Shown here: in pieces, positions 30,224 through 39,542 of the stretch
How positions within the stretch are numbered: the first letter of the stretch is position 1
Layout of the letters: each line of letters begins with the position of its first letter
Source of the DNA: Nitrospirota bacterium
GTDB taxonomy: Bacteria > Nitrospirota > Nitrospiria > Nitrospirales > NS-4
Length of the DNA: 64,000 nucleotides
NCBI GenBank assembly: GCA_963788195.1
Contig: CAWBGA010000002.1
Coordinates: 128,001 to 192,000, forward strand
Direction: 5' to 3'
Program-made: the position numbers and the translations under genes
The notes under the pieces: model-generated
The model's database searches: none
What the model was told of the DNA's origin: nothing
The model's input: only the letters and a program-made list of their open reading frames with translations

Positions 30224-30805
30224 ATAGATTGCGCGACTAATTACAGACCATCCGTCGCTGGGTGGTTAGGCCCCTCTCCGTATACTTTCCCGCAACACCC
30301 GTCAGGAGAGAGCCTCCAGGCCAGCTTTTTAATCGCCGCAGCCAACTTCTATACGCACGCGCGGGCAACGGCACTGTTCGGCAGGCTGCCGGCGACAGGT
30401 CGCAAGAATAACCTGAAACTTAGTGAAGACCAGGGTACAACGACCCTGAGGCGTCCAGGGTTTGCGGCTCCATTTTCCGTCAAGCTCTTGTCATGCGCGG
30501 TCGGCAGTAAAGAAATTCACAGAATGTTTTTGACTTAGGTAATTATTGATGTTAAGTAATAGCACTAACGCACCGCCAGCAGCCGGGCCGCTTCTCACTC
30601 GCGCTATTCAGATTCTCGCGCGCTTCGTGATGTATTGTCCGTGACGAGCAGGCCAATCTGGTGTGGCGGTGTTTTGCATCCACGGTGATGAATGCCGGAG
30701 GGTCGAAGTCAGCCGAAGAGGAGAAATATCAAGCAGCAGCCACACTTAGAAAATAGAATGCAGCGAGATTGGGCAGCATTACACACTAACAATAGAGGGG
30801 GAGCT

Positions 30806-30979
30806 ATGCTGGGAGCCTGGGAATTTACGATTTTAGGAAACGTCTCCATGGGAATTATGGCGATCGCCGGTGTTTGCTCCATGATATATGCCGTGGGAAC
30901 TTCGCTGAGCCCGTTTAGCCCGATCGAGGAACAGCCGCTTGATGAAGCGCGCTCGAGCGAGGCCAGGAGAGCCGCATAG
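30806..30979 (+). CDS. 57-aa single-TM peptide, paralog A
   Basis: GAGGGGGAG RBS; MLGAWEFTILGNVSMGIMAIAGVCSMIYAVG..EARRAA*. Confidence 0.75.
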   Translation: MLGAWEFTILGNVSMGIMAIAGVCSMIYAVGTSLSPFSPIEEQPLDEARSSEARRAA

Positions 30980-31409
30980 TGATCAGAAGTCTTGCAGCCG
31001 CGCCACTTCAAAATCAGCGGCGCGGCTGCGGAAGCCTGCACCGAACTATCCCAACTTATCAGACCCTAAGTATTATTTCTTCCTCATGTTGAGGCGGCCG
31101 CGCCGCTTGCTTAGCGTGTCAGATTCTTGACCGAACTTAGTAAAAAATAGTAAAAGAAAATTTTGTTTCGCGCGTTTTTTTATGATAGGGTAAACCACTA
31201 TTTCGAGACAGCATGCGTACAACGGTGTCGACGTGGCCAGATGTTCACGCGAATGGTTCCTGTCTATGGGCTCCGAGCATTGGGAAAGTAGAGTAGTCCT
31301 CTACGGAAAGGAGGCGAATCGGCCAGGACACATGCAAAGCGAGAATCAAGATGGCTAGTGGTCTTTAAGGCATACAATATAATCCATAAATGAAATCAAG
31401 GAGGGGCAT

Positions 31410-31583
31410 ATGCTCGGAGCATGGGAATTTACGATGTTAGGAAACGTGTCCATGGGAATTATGGCGATCGCAGGAGTCTGCTCCATGGTCTATGCCGTCG
31501 GAATCTCACTCACCAATGCCAGCCGCGCGGAAGAGATCCAAGTGGAAGAAAAGGAGTCCAGCGAGGCGAATAAAGCCGCTTAG
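31410..31583 (+). CDS. 57-aa single-TM peptide, paralog B (below the ORF track cutoff)
   Basis: AGGAGG RBS; MLGAWEFTMLGNVSMGIMAIAGVCSMVYAVGISLTNASRAEEIQVEEKESSEANKAA*. Confidence 0.75.
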   Translation: MLGAWEFTMLGNVSMGIMAIAGVCSMVYAVGISLTNASRAEEIQVEEKESSEANKAA

Positions 31584-31589
31584 TCATTG

Positions 31590-31690
31590 GGGGCAAAGGA
31601 ATCTGTCCGGGGCACCCCTTGCCTTCCCGTGCAAGGGGTCGAAATGATTTCTTCAGGGCTGAGTGGGTGAAGCTGGGTGGGTGAAATAGT
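31590..31690 (-). repeat. Mosaic intergenic repeat copy
   Basis: Reverse complement contains GGCAAGGGGTGCCCCGGACAGATTCCTTTGCC, identical to 12822-12853. Confidence 0.85.
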
Positions 31691-31790
31691 GTCAGCGGAG
31701 CAATAGTGCTCAGCCACGCGCGTATGGAATGTAGGCTAACTGCTTGGGTCTGAACGGTTACCGAAACACCATCTAAAACGGAGGCAACAT

Positions 31791-31949
31791 ATGAGCATGA
31801 GCACCATCCTACTGGTCATCGTGATCTTGCTCCTCATTGGCGCGTTCCCGACATGGCCGCATAGCAAAAACTGGGGTTACGGTCCCAGCGGGGGGGTAGG
31901 CTTGGTTGTCTTGATCCTGGTCATTTTGTTGTTGACTGGAAGGATTTAG
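31791..31949 (+). CDS. DUF3309 family small membrane protein
   Basis: GGAGG RBS; MSMSTILLVIVILLLIGAFPTWPHSKNWGYGPSGGVGLVVLILVILLLTGRI*. Confidence 0.9.
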   Translation: MSMSTILLVIVILLLIGAFPTWPHSKNWGYGPSGGVGLVVLILVILLLTGRI

Positions 31950-31980
31950 CGGCGGCTCCCCTCGGAATAGGTTGGGGATG

Positions 31981-31996
31981 TGAGCAATTGTGAACA
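31981..31996 (+). promoter_or_regulatory. Putative Crp/Fnr-type site upstream of the YtxH gene
   Basis: TGAGCAATTGTGAACA; TACGCT 21 bp downstream. Confidence 0.6.
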
Positions 31997-32174
31997 GCCT
32001 ATCGGCGATAGATCGGTTACGCTAAGGCTCAGGCCTCAGGCGTAAAAAGCCGGCCACTTTTCGAACAGGGCGGTTCAGCAGCGCGCAGGCATTTCATGCG
32101 GGATCCGCCGGAGACGAATAATGAGAGCGGAGATCTTTACGGAAAAGTTTGTTTCAAATCATGGAGGACACAAT

Positions 32175-32480
32175 ATGCATGACGATAATGACAAATACTT
32201 GAGCGCACTTGTGGGATTTGGGCTGGGGGCATTGGTAGGGGCGGGCCTAGCGCTGCTGCTGGCGCCGAAATCGGGGTCTGAAACGCGCGATCTGCTTAGC
32301 GGCTACCTCGGACAAGCAAGGGATGAAATCTACACCCGCGGCCGCGAGGCAAAAGCGACTCTGGATTCGGTGATTGAGCGGGGCAAGGCGGCATATGAAG
32401 GTGGAAAGGCGCGTGTCGGTGACGCTTACGACGCTGCCAAAAAGCCGAACCGCGCTCCCGACGGCCCGCGGAACATGTGA
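32175..32480 (+). CDS. YtxH domain (general stress) protein
   Basis: GFGLGALVGAGLALLLAPKSGSETR; GGAGG RBS. Confidence 0.9.
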   Translation: MHDDNDKYLSALVGFGLGALVGAGLALLLAPKSGSETRDLLSGYLGQARDEIYTRGREAKATLDSVIERGKAAYEGGKARVGDAYDAAKKPNRAPDGPRNM

Positions 32481-32878
32481 TCAGCGACGCCCGGAGCAAA
32501 CACCCTATGAATGACCAACTCACTGCTGGGAATCATATCCAGATCACGGAAACTCTCCTGCGGCTTTATGTTTTTCTGGCCCAGGAGTTGGACCGCAGCC
32601 TGAACCAGGCCGCGCGAGAGACCTTTCCCGAGCAGGAGCTTCGCGAGCACCTTTCCTCGACACGGGACAAGGTGATGGAAATTTTATCGGTGAACCCCGT
32701 GGTCAAGGAGAAGGTGGACAAGGAGTGTCAACGCGTGCTCGCGCTCGCCGCCGCCTGCCTCGCAGAGAGAAACGGGAAGTCGTCCGCCGCGCTTGAGAAT
32801 GTGAGAGCGGAGCAGGCTGTGCTGAAACAAAAGACAATGGCATTGAGTGATTTGTTGGCGGTCTTCCGGGCCGCATAA
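32477..32878 (+). CDS. Hypothetical helical protein
   Basis: 133-aa ORF overlapping the YtxH stop. Confidence 0.6.
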   Translation: MISDARSKHPMNDQLTAGNHIQITETLLRLYVFLAQELDRSLNQAARETFPEQELREHLSSTRDKVMEILSVNPVVKEKVDKECQRVLALAAACLAERNGKSSAALENVRAEQAVLKQKTMALSDLLAVFRAA

Positions 32879-32963
32879 TAGACGAGTCGCGCCCGTGGCT
32901 CCCGCAACTGCCGGGCGTTTTCACTGGAGCCGCTAATCCAAGGGACGGGAAAGGAATACGGAC

Positions 32964-33392
32964 ATGGCGTTGATAGACGAGATTGATCCGCAGATGAACA
33001 ACGGGGATGTGTTCTCAAGAGTCGAGCAGACGTTTCGCACCCCCGTGGACCACGTATTGCAAAAGTATGGTTACGATCTTAAGGGCTCCTCAATGTCTAA
33101 ACACGATCATCAGTTCTACTCGCATTACCGCACGGGTCATTCACTTGTCGTCAACCCGGAAGGTTTCTGGATGCACATGCAGGAAGGCCCTTCCGGCACG
33201 GTACGGGTGCAAAATGGGCATGGCGCGGCGGACCTGAATACATGCCTTAAAGGTGCCCACGCAGATACGCAGTATGAGCGGGCGGATGACCTTTTGCGGC
33301 GCGCCGCTGCACGTTCCAGATCGTCAAAAGGTATGTCGAAAGACTCGCTCTATGTCAATAAAAAGAGCGCGCCGCGCAAGGTCCGAAGCTAA
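32964..33392 (+). CDS. Hypothetical protein
   Basis: 142-aa ORF with an AAGGA RBS. Confidence 0.55.
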   Translation: MALIDEIDPQMNNGDVFSRVEQTFRTPVDHVLQKYGYDLKGSSMSKHDHQFYSHYRTGHSLVVNPEGFWMHMQEGPSGTVRVQNGHGAADLNTCLKGAHADTQYERADDLLRRAAARSRSSKGMSKDSLYVNKKSAPRKVRS

Positions 33393-33404
33393 AACCTCAG
33401 AAAG

Positions 33405-33911
33405 CTAAACGAGCTTAGCCGCTATTTTGGCCGCGATCAGGGCCGCCGAGACGACCGTATCCAAAGTCTTCTTGGCTTTTTGCCGCGCGGCGACATCTTC
33501 CTGAGCCCGCTCGAGCTGATCGGAAAAACGAGCGATATCGCTATCGGAAAGCAGGCGCGGGATATCCTCAAACACACTCATCTCCAATAATAGGCCGAAC
33601 TGATTTCGCAGAGCATTGCGCTGGGCCTGGATCGTAATGACGGTGGTCTCCGGGAGCGGTGTATTGTTGGAGGCGGCTTTAACCATAATTTCGGTCAGGA
33701 CCCCCCGGGCCGCCACAATGGCTTCTGAGCGCTGGGCGAGTGATGCCGGGGTAGGATCGCCTGCTTCGGAGATGAGTTTGCTGAGGCGCTCGAGCGCCTT
33801 ATCTACGCCACGGCTTGGTCCGTCATCCCCGTCGCCCGCTTTTTCAAAGACCCCCTCCAGAGCCGGTATTAAGAAATCGCTGAACTTTTTCAGATCGGTC
33901 AGATTGGCCAT
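33405..33911 (-). CDS. Hypothetical alpha-helical protein
   Basis: AGGAG RBS; 168 aa. Confidence 0.6.
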   Translation of the reverse strand: MANLTDLKKFSDFLIPALEGVFEKAGDGDDGPSRGVDKALERLSKLISEAGDPTPASLAQRSEAIVAARGVLTEIMVKAASNNTPLPETTVITIQAQRNALRNQFGLLLEMSVFEDIPRLLSDSDIARFSDQLERAQEDVAARQKAKKTLDTVVSAALIAAKIAAKLV

Positions 33912-33924
33912 CGCGCAAAGACTC

Positions 33925-34345
33925 CTATCTCACCCGCCATCTCACCCACCCTTCCCCGGACGCTCATTGCACCCGCCCGCCCCGAGTCTGCCAAGGCAGT
34001 CTCTTTTCCCGAAGGACGCGTCCTTGCCCGTGGCCTGGAGTTATTTCGACCCGTTGCAAAGGAAGGCAACGGGTACCCCGGACAGATTCCTTTACCCTGG
34101 CACCAGCACCCGTGAATCGCCATTACACCCACCCGCCCTGGAATCCTTTCACATGGGCAAGAGCGCGTCCCTGGACAGATTCCTACCTGGCACCCAGCCC
34201 TGGAATCATTTCCCCATGGCGCTGCCATTCCACCCGCCCACCCTGGAGTCTGCGAAGACAGACTCCTTAACCCCTGGACAGCGCCTTGTCCCCTGGGACA
34301 GATTCCTTTGCCCCTGGGACTCATGATTATTTAAGGCCGCCGGGA
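33925..34345 (+). repeat. Largest mosaic repeat cluster, at least 4 core units
   Basis: Repeated CACCC(G/A)CCC(G/A)CCC cores, three GGACAGATTCCT, and terminal GATTATTTAAGGCCGCCGGG identical to the end of the 12.9 kb copy. Confidence 0.85.
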
Positions 34346-34401
34346 TAGTTTCTCTCCTCTTTGGTAGATCTTCATCTTACTGGCCTCAACGCGGAATCTG
34401 G

Positions 34402-35059
34402 TTACTTCTCGAAGATATTGATGAGAAGGCTTCGTGTCCTCTCGATTGCGTGCTCGGCAGACTCCCGCCGCCCCTGAACTTCTTTCTCCGAGACCTTTTT
34501 GAGATGCCCCAGCTCTTCGCCGCCCTCGCGAATAGTCGCCGCAACGCGAAACATGCCTTCGACGTCCAAGCTCCTGAGCGCAAACGCCGCGTCTTTGCTC
34601 TCAAGATACTTGAGCAGGGTGTCGCTGTTTTGTTGCAGCCGTCCCAGAGCGCTTATCAGCTTGTCATAGAGCTTCAAAATCGCGTTTTTTCGCGAATCAT
34701 CGATTTGTCGAAGTCCGGCAACGCGATGCACCGATTCCAGGTCCAGCTCAGCCAGTTTCATGTGAAGCAATCTATCGGCGCCGGTGACATTGGGATGTCG
34801 CGCCAGGAGCACCTCCGCCTTTTCCAGGTCGCGTTCGCCAATCGAGCAGATTTTGTTCTCGGGTCCGATCGACTTTTAATTGTTCCTCTAACGCGATCGT
34901 GAGAGTCTGGCGCTTTTGTTTGAGGGTGTCTTCGAGCTTGGCATAGTACTGCTGCTGTTCGTGGGTGAGCGCCGTCACATTGCCGCGATGGACCCCGCAC
35001 CCGGTGCTGAAAAGAATGGTGCAAGAGAGAAGGCCGATGGCCCAGCGGCTTTTTCTCAC
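34402..35059 (-). CDS. Putative helical lipoprotein, frameshifted near 34830
   Basis: Lipobox ILFSTGC; ORFs 34772-35059 and 34402-34812 join with one shift. Confidence 0.55.
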
Positions 35060-35778
35060 TTCCCACCTCCCCCAAACTGTTTTCCAGCGCGGACCAAAGC
35101 CTCTTTCAAGCTGTCAGCCTGTTCCTGGGAAACACTCACATCAAGCGCCAGCCATGCGTCGACCTTCGTGGCGATGGATTTCATCACGGCTATTTGTGCC
35201 CGCAGGATTTCAAGCAGCTGATCCACATCATTCGCGGTTTGGCGTTCCCTGTCCAGGTCGGCAAGAATCACCTCCTCGATTGCCGCAACAGGCTTGGGTT
35301 TATTCTGGACGATCCGCGCGCGTGCCTCTTGAAGATCTTGAAGATCTAACGTCAATTGTCCCTTCCTGGCCGGATCGCTGGTCCCCGCAATCCGTTTCGT
35401 AAGCGACGCGATCTGATCGTCGATGTCCCGCCACACAAGCGCGTTGTCGATCCAGGGCCGGACGGTGGCGTTATAAGATTCAAATAGGGCGTCGGCGGTA
35501 ATTTGTTTCATTGGTTGACTTTGCGGATAAAGTGCAGCAATCGCCTGCCGGGCTACGAGCATCCGTCCCTCTTCTTTGATGCGGGCTTCCTTATCGCTGT
35601 GGAATTGATCGAAGGCCTGCTGAAGATCCACGATCGTCGCATCCAGAGCCTCGATTACCGTCAACTGGGCTTTGGAGGCCGTCTTTACTTCGACAGGCGA
35701 CGCACAACCGGCAAGCGCCATGATGGCGATTGTGAAGACCCCTGGTATTGACCGCAGTATCACGCGCACATTAAACAT
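35056..35778 (-). CDS. Putative helical lipoprotein
   Basis: Lipobox MALAGC follows the internal Met at 35778; coiled-coil character. Confidence 0.65.
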   Translation of the reverse strand: MFNVRVILRSIPGVFTIAIMALAGCASPVEVKTASKAQLTVIEALDATIVDLQQAFDQFHSDKEARIKEEGRMLVARQAIAALYPQSQPMKQITADALFESYNATVRPWIDNALVWRDIDDQIASLTKRIAGTSDPARKGQLTLDLQDLQEARARIVQNKPKPVAAIEEVILADLDRERQTANDVDQLLEILRAQIAVMKSIATKVDAWLALDVSVSQEQADSLKEALVRAGKQFGGGGK

Positions 35779-35871
35779 GTTATGTCCTGCGATGGCGGGA
35801 GCGAGTATACTGCCAAAAATTCGTTGTCGTCTAGCGGAAAAAAAGAGGGCGAACATGAAAAGGAGGAGCGT

Positions 35872-36609
35872 ATGAGACTTCTTCACTGGCTGCTGACCAC
35901 GTCAATCGTCACCTGCGTAGCCGGGTGTGCCGAGGTCGGTCCGCCTACAGTCGGCACGACGCCGCCGGACCCCCAGCCCGGGCCCGTGGCGTTCACCGTG
36001 CCAAACCTGGAATTTACCGGCATGGACGAAGGCTGGCCACCGCGGCCCAAAGGCCGACAAAACGAGCAGGCGATCGACACGGCCGGCGTAAAAGATCTTG
36101 CCTCTGCGTCCAGAGTGGCGGGACCCAAGGTTCAGGCCCTGAAATCGACCGTGCAACAGGACCGGGCGTTGAGCGAGGTGCTCGGGGAACGTTTCGAGGT
36201 GTTACGCGCCCAGAGCCGCGGCCCACAAAAACTGATGGGCCCTCCCACGGGCAAGGTGACGGTCTACAGCTATACGATGAACCGCGCTGTCGATGTGCAT
36301 ATTCAGGCCGATCCGCCTGGGCCGCAGCCCGCGGCCGGAAAGGTCGCGAAGATTGTCGTGCGGGAACAAGGATATCAGCCTCCCGAAAGCGCCAATGAGA
36401 TCCAGCATGCCGTCGAACTCGCGGTGGCAAAACTTGGCGGAACCGTAAAAGATATGGAGAGCAGCGCGATTCTCGCGCCGGACCCCCAGCAGACCGATCA
36501 CAGGGTGTTATATGTAACGTTCAGACAGGCGCAGCTCCCGGTGTATTGGGCCCTCGTGGATCTCACCACCGATACGGTTCTGTCAAACGGCAAATTTGCT
36601 CGGTCGTAA
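35872..36609 (+). CDS. Lipoprotein resembling the N-terminal (N2/N3) domains of copper amine oxidases
   Basis: AGGAGG RBS, lipobox CVAGC; VYSY..AVDV..GYQPP..EIQHAVELA..RVLYV..ALVDLT pattern. Confidence 0.5.
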   Translation: MRLLHWLLTTSIVTCVAGCAEVGPPTVGTTPPDPQPGPVAFTVPNLEFTGMDEGWPPRPKGRQNEQAIDTAGVKDLASASRVAGPKVQALKSTVQQDRALSEVLGERFEVLRAQSRGPQKLMGPPTGKVTVYSYTMNRAVDVHIQADPPGPQPAAGKVAKIVVREQGYQPPESANEIQHAVELAVAKLGGTVKDMESSAILAPDPQQTDHRVLYVTFRQAQLPVYWALVDLTTDTVLSNGKFARS

Positions 36610-36619
36610 GGAGGTCATT

Positions 36620-37549
36620 ATGGCAAAACTTGCGCGTCTCGTTCTCGGCGTCTTGGTCTTCATTGGAATACCCGGCGTGGCCGCCGCGCAGCCGGAGGCC
36701 AAGGGCATCTTTGATCGCATATCCGGACATATCAAAGACGGCAACTGGGAGTTTGATTGGGAACTAAAGGACGATGCCGGCGTCGAGCTACTGAATGTGG
36801 ATTTCAAGGGCCAGCGGGTGCTGTACAAGGCAAGCGTCCCGGTGATCCGTGTGAAATATGTCAAGGATGAGCCTGCGCTGCAGCCGTTTCCGCTCCAGCG
36901 GGAAGGCTGTGGGCCCTATCAGGACCGCTTAACGGTCGACCATCTGAAGGACATAGACAAATGTGAGGACAACAAGATCTGCCGGAAATCCTACACCCTG
37001 GGCGGTGACCACTGGCTGGAGATCGGAATCTTCGCGAAGATCGGGGAGTACCGTATCTATCAAGCCTGGTATTTGAATGACAAAGGCTACCTCGGAGGGA
37101 AGGTCTGGAGTCACGGCCTGTCTTGCTACACCGACCACATTCATCATGCCTATTGGCGTATTCATTTCGGCGATGCCAAGACTCAGGTCTTCGCATTTCC
37201 GGAAAACACGCTCTACGCGAAGGAAGCCGAAGATACAAAGAGCGCGACGAAACAATACTGGGTGCTCCAGGGAAATTCGTCGAAGCGCAAAATCGTCGTG
37301 ATTCCCGGTGCCCAGGATGGAAGTGCCGATGCGTTCTCGAGCCTGGACGTCGGGCTGCGGCGCTATGACCCGAGCGAAGATGAGCCATGGCCGTTCGGAA
37401 CGGGTCCCTTGGAGTACAAGCGGTACACCGAGGACATCAACAACAAGGACGTCGTATTCTGGTATGTGGCCCATCTGGCGCACGTTGCCTCGGAGGGGCC
37501 GGATCAATGGAAAGGCGTGGGACCATGGATCTATGTAAATCCTCAATAG
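36620..37549 (+). CDS. Secreted protein with a compact copper-amine-oxidase catalytic-domain-like fold
   Basis: Signal peptide; WEFDW..GVELLNVDFKGQRVLYKASVP..Y; IGEYRIYQAWYL..G; HIHHAYWRIHF; INNKDVVFWYVAHLAH. Confidence 0.6.
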   Translation: MAKLARLVLGVLVFIGIPGVAAAQPEAKGIFDRISGHIKDGNWEFDWELKDDAGVELLNVDFKGQRVLYKASVPVIRVKYVKDEPALQPFPLQREGCGPYQDRLTVDHLKDIDKCEDNKICRKSYTLGGDHWLEIGIFAKIGEYRIYQAWYLNDKGYLGGKVWSHGLSCYTDHIHHAYWRIHFGDAKTQVFAFPENTLYAKEAEDTKSATKQYWVLQGNSSKRKIVVIPGAQDGSADAFSSLDVGLRRYDPSEDEPWPFGTGPLEYKRYTEDINNKDVVFWYVAHLAHVASEGPDQWKGVGPWIYVNPQ

Positions 37550-37580
37550 GCTGGATGCCTGGCCGTTATCGGGGGAAGCC

Positions 37581-39149
37581 ATGTCGCTCAAATTAATTCT
37601 GACGAATGTGTCGCGGTTGCAGGGAAAATATGGCGCCGGCTTTGCGAGTATTCAAACACAGATCGACAAACTGATCACGGCCGACCAGGCGCGCGGCTTG
37701 GAGACCCGGCTGATCGCCCTCGACGATCCCGCCCAGATGCAAACCTTAAAGGCGCCGGCGGTTACCAACGTACTCGACCCCAAGCAGAACAAGAGGGCCA
37801 TTGACGGCGTCTACAAAGAGCTCGCGCCGGAATACATGATGATTTTGGGCGCCCAGGACGTGGTTCCACATCAGGATCTTTCCAACCCTGCCTTTGATCC
37901 CGAGCACGGTGAGGACGCCGACGAGACTGCCGACGGCGATCTGCCGTACGCCTGCGAGGCCCCGTACAGTCAGGACCCACAGGACTTTACCGGGGCGACC
38001 CGCGTGGTGGGCCGGCTTCCGGATCTTCCTAACGCCTCCGACCCCGCGTATCTGATGGAATTGCTCGATACGTCCATAACCTGGAAGTCAGGCCGTCCCG
38101 AGGACTATTCCAGTTATCTCGGCATGAGCGCCGAAGTCTGGCAGGAGTCCACGGCTCTGAGCCTCAGTAATATATTCGGGGCCGGCGGGAGTCTGCAGCT
38201 GTCGCCATCCGAAGGCCCGAACTGGGCGGATGCGTTAGTGGCGTGCCGCTCGCATTTCATCAACTGTCATGGAAGCCCATCCGATTTTCAGTTTTATGGC
38301 CAGAGCCCGGCGGATGAATTTCCAGTCGCGCATACCGCAACAGGCATCGACGGAAGGATCTCGGAGGGTACCGTGGTCGCGGCTGAGTGTTGCTATGGGG
38401 CGCAGTTGTTTGATCCTGCGCCGGTCGGCGGAAAAATGGGCATCTGTAGCGCCTATCTCAAGGACAAGGCATACGGGTTCTGGGGCAGCACCACAATTGC
38501 GTATGGACCCAAAAAGGGAAATGCCTGGGCGGACCTGATCTCTCAATATTTCCTGAAGCGCGTGCTGGCCGGCTCGTCCCTGGGAAGGGCGGCGCTTGAA
38601 GCTCGTCAGGCCTATGCGCAGTCCGGGGGGCAAATGGATCCCTTCGATCTTAAGACACTTGCCCAGTTCAATCTGCTCGCGGACCCGTCTATCGACCCTG
38701 TGAACATGCCCAGCGCGGACGTTCCGGTGGGTGAGCCGCACTTTAAGAAAGCGGGTGCGGAGTCCAAAGGAGCGGTGAAAACGAGCGAGCGACGCAGGCA
38801 GCTGTTATCGAAGGGTTTATGGTTAGCCGAGAATATCCCAGTCGTACGCCGGGCCAGAGCTCGCCGTTCGCCGGTCCTGAAGCGTTTGCTGGAAGACCTC
38901 GCCGGGCAGAATAATATGCATCATCTGAAAATTCTCTCGTTTGACGTCGAGTTGAGCCTCAAACGGCCATCCAAGATTTTGAAAAGCATGTTGGAGAAAA
39001 AAGCTGCCGCCGTCGAGGGCATTCACGTTGTCTTTGGTCGATCGGGTAGTGACACCTCGGTCGAGACCAAGATCTCCCGCGCGGTTGCGGTTGTCGCCAA
39101 AGAAGTCGCCGGTGAAATCGTTTCGTACCGGGTGGCATTCGCCAAATAG
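37581..39149 (+). CDS. Peptidase C25 (gingipain/caspase-like, clan CD) family protein
   Basis: MILGAQDVVP, VVGRLP, FINCHGS and VAAECCYGA (candidate His/Cys dyad), FWGSTTIAYG, FNLLADP. Confidence 0.7.
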   Translation: MSLKLILTNVSRLQGKYGAGFASIQTQIDKLITADQARGLETRLIALDDPAQMQTLKAPAVTNVLDPKQNKRAIDGVYKELAPEYMMILGAQDVVPHQDLSNPAFDPEHGEDADETADGDLPYACEAPYSQDPQDFTGATRVVGRLPDLPNASDPAYLMELLDTSITWKSGRPEDYSSYLGMSAEVWQESTALSLSNIFGAGGSLQLSPSEGPNWADALVACRSHFINCHGSPSDFQFYGQSPADEFPVAHTATGIDGRISEGTVVAAECCYGAQLFDPAPVGGKMGICSAYLKDKAYGFWGSTTIAYGPKKGNAWADLISQYFLKRVLAGSSLGRAALEARQAYAQSGGQMDPFDLKTLAQFNLLADPSIDPVNMPSADVPVGEPHFKKAGAESKGAVKTSERRRQLLSKGLWLAENIPVVRRARARRSPVLKRLLEDLAGQNNMHHLKILSFDVELSLKRPSKILKSMLEKKAAAVEGIHVVFGRSGSDTSVETKISRAVAVVAKEVAGEIVSYRVAFAK

Positions 39150-39173
39150 GGTAGACAGGGTTACGCGTTCAGA

Positions 39174-39407
39174 ATGGAATTACGCGGCAAGGTCGTGAAA
39201 GAGAGCTTCGGTCAGGGGACGAAGAGCGAACGCGTCGCCGTGCAGCTCGTCACTCCTGCGGGCAAATACGTCCTGCGACGAGCCGGAGGGAACGCTTTCC
39301 AAGATCCGGTTTTAGAGGAACTTGTAGGAAAGACAATCGTCGGTACGGGCGTCCTGCAGGGTTACGTCTTCATCATGTCGGCGTGGCAGGAAGTCACCGG
39401 CGACTGA
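39174..39407 (+). CDS. Small OB-fold-like hypothetical protein
   Basis: 77-aa beta-rich ORF directly after the protease. Confidence 0.6.
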   Translation: MELRGKVVKESFGQGTKSERVAVQLVTPAGKYVLRRAGGNAFQDPVLEELVGKTIVGTGVLQGYVFIMSAWQEVTGD

Positions 39408-39542
39408 TGATTTCTCTTCGTTCCCCCGCGACCGGGTGCATCCACCTGAAAGCAAGGGGGACCTACTAAAAGCAGGGTCGACAGGTGATCCGACGCTTGA
39501 TACCTTCGAAGGGTCGATCCTTATCGGCATATTCGAGGTGGG

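Noticed and set aside
33616..34326. ORFs of 236 aa (+) and 141 aa (-) over the repeat cluster, and similar ORFs at 14015-14609 and 27991-28293
   Set aside because: They are translations of the repeat DNA or antisense shadows (recurring HPPAL/GWAG strings) with no protein-family signal.
33925..34345. Repeat cluster as a CRISPR array
   Set aside because: Units are degenerate and irregularly spaced, spacers are not unique and uniform, and no cas genes are present.
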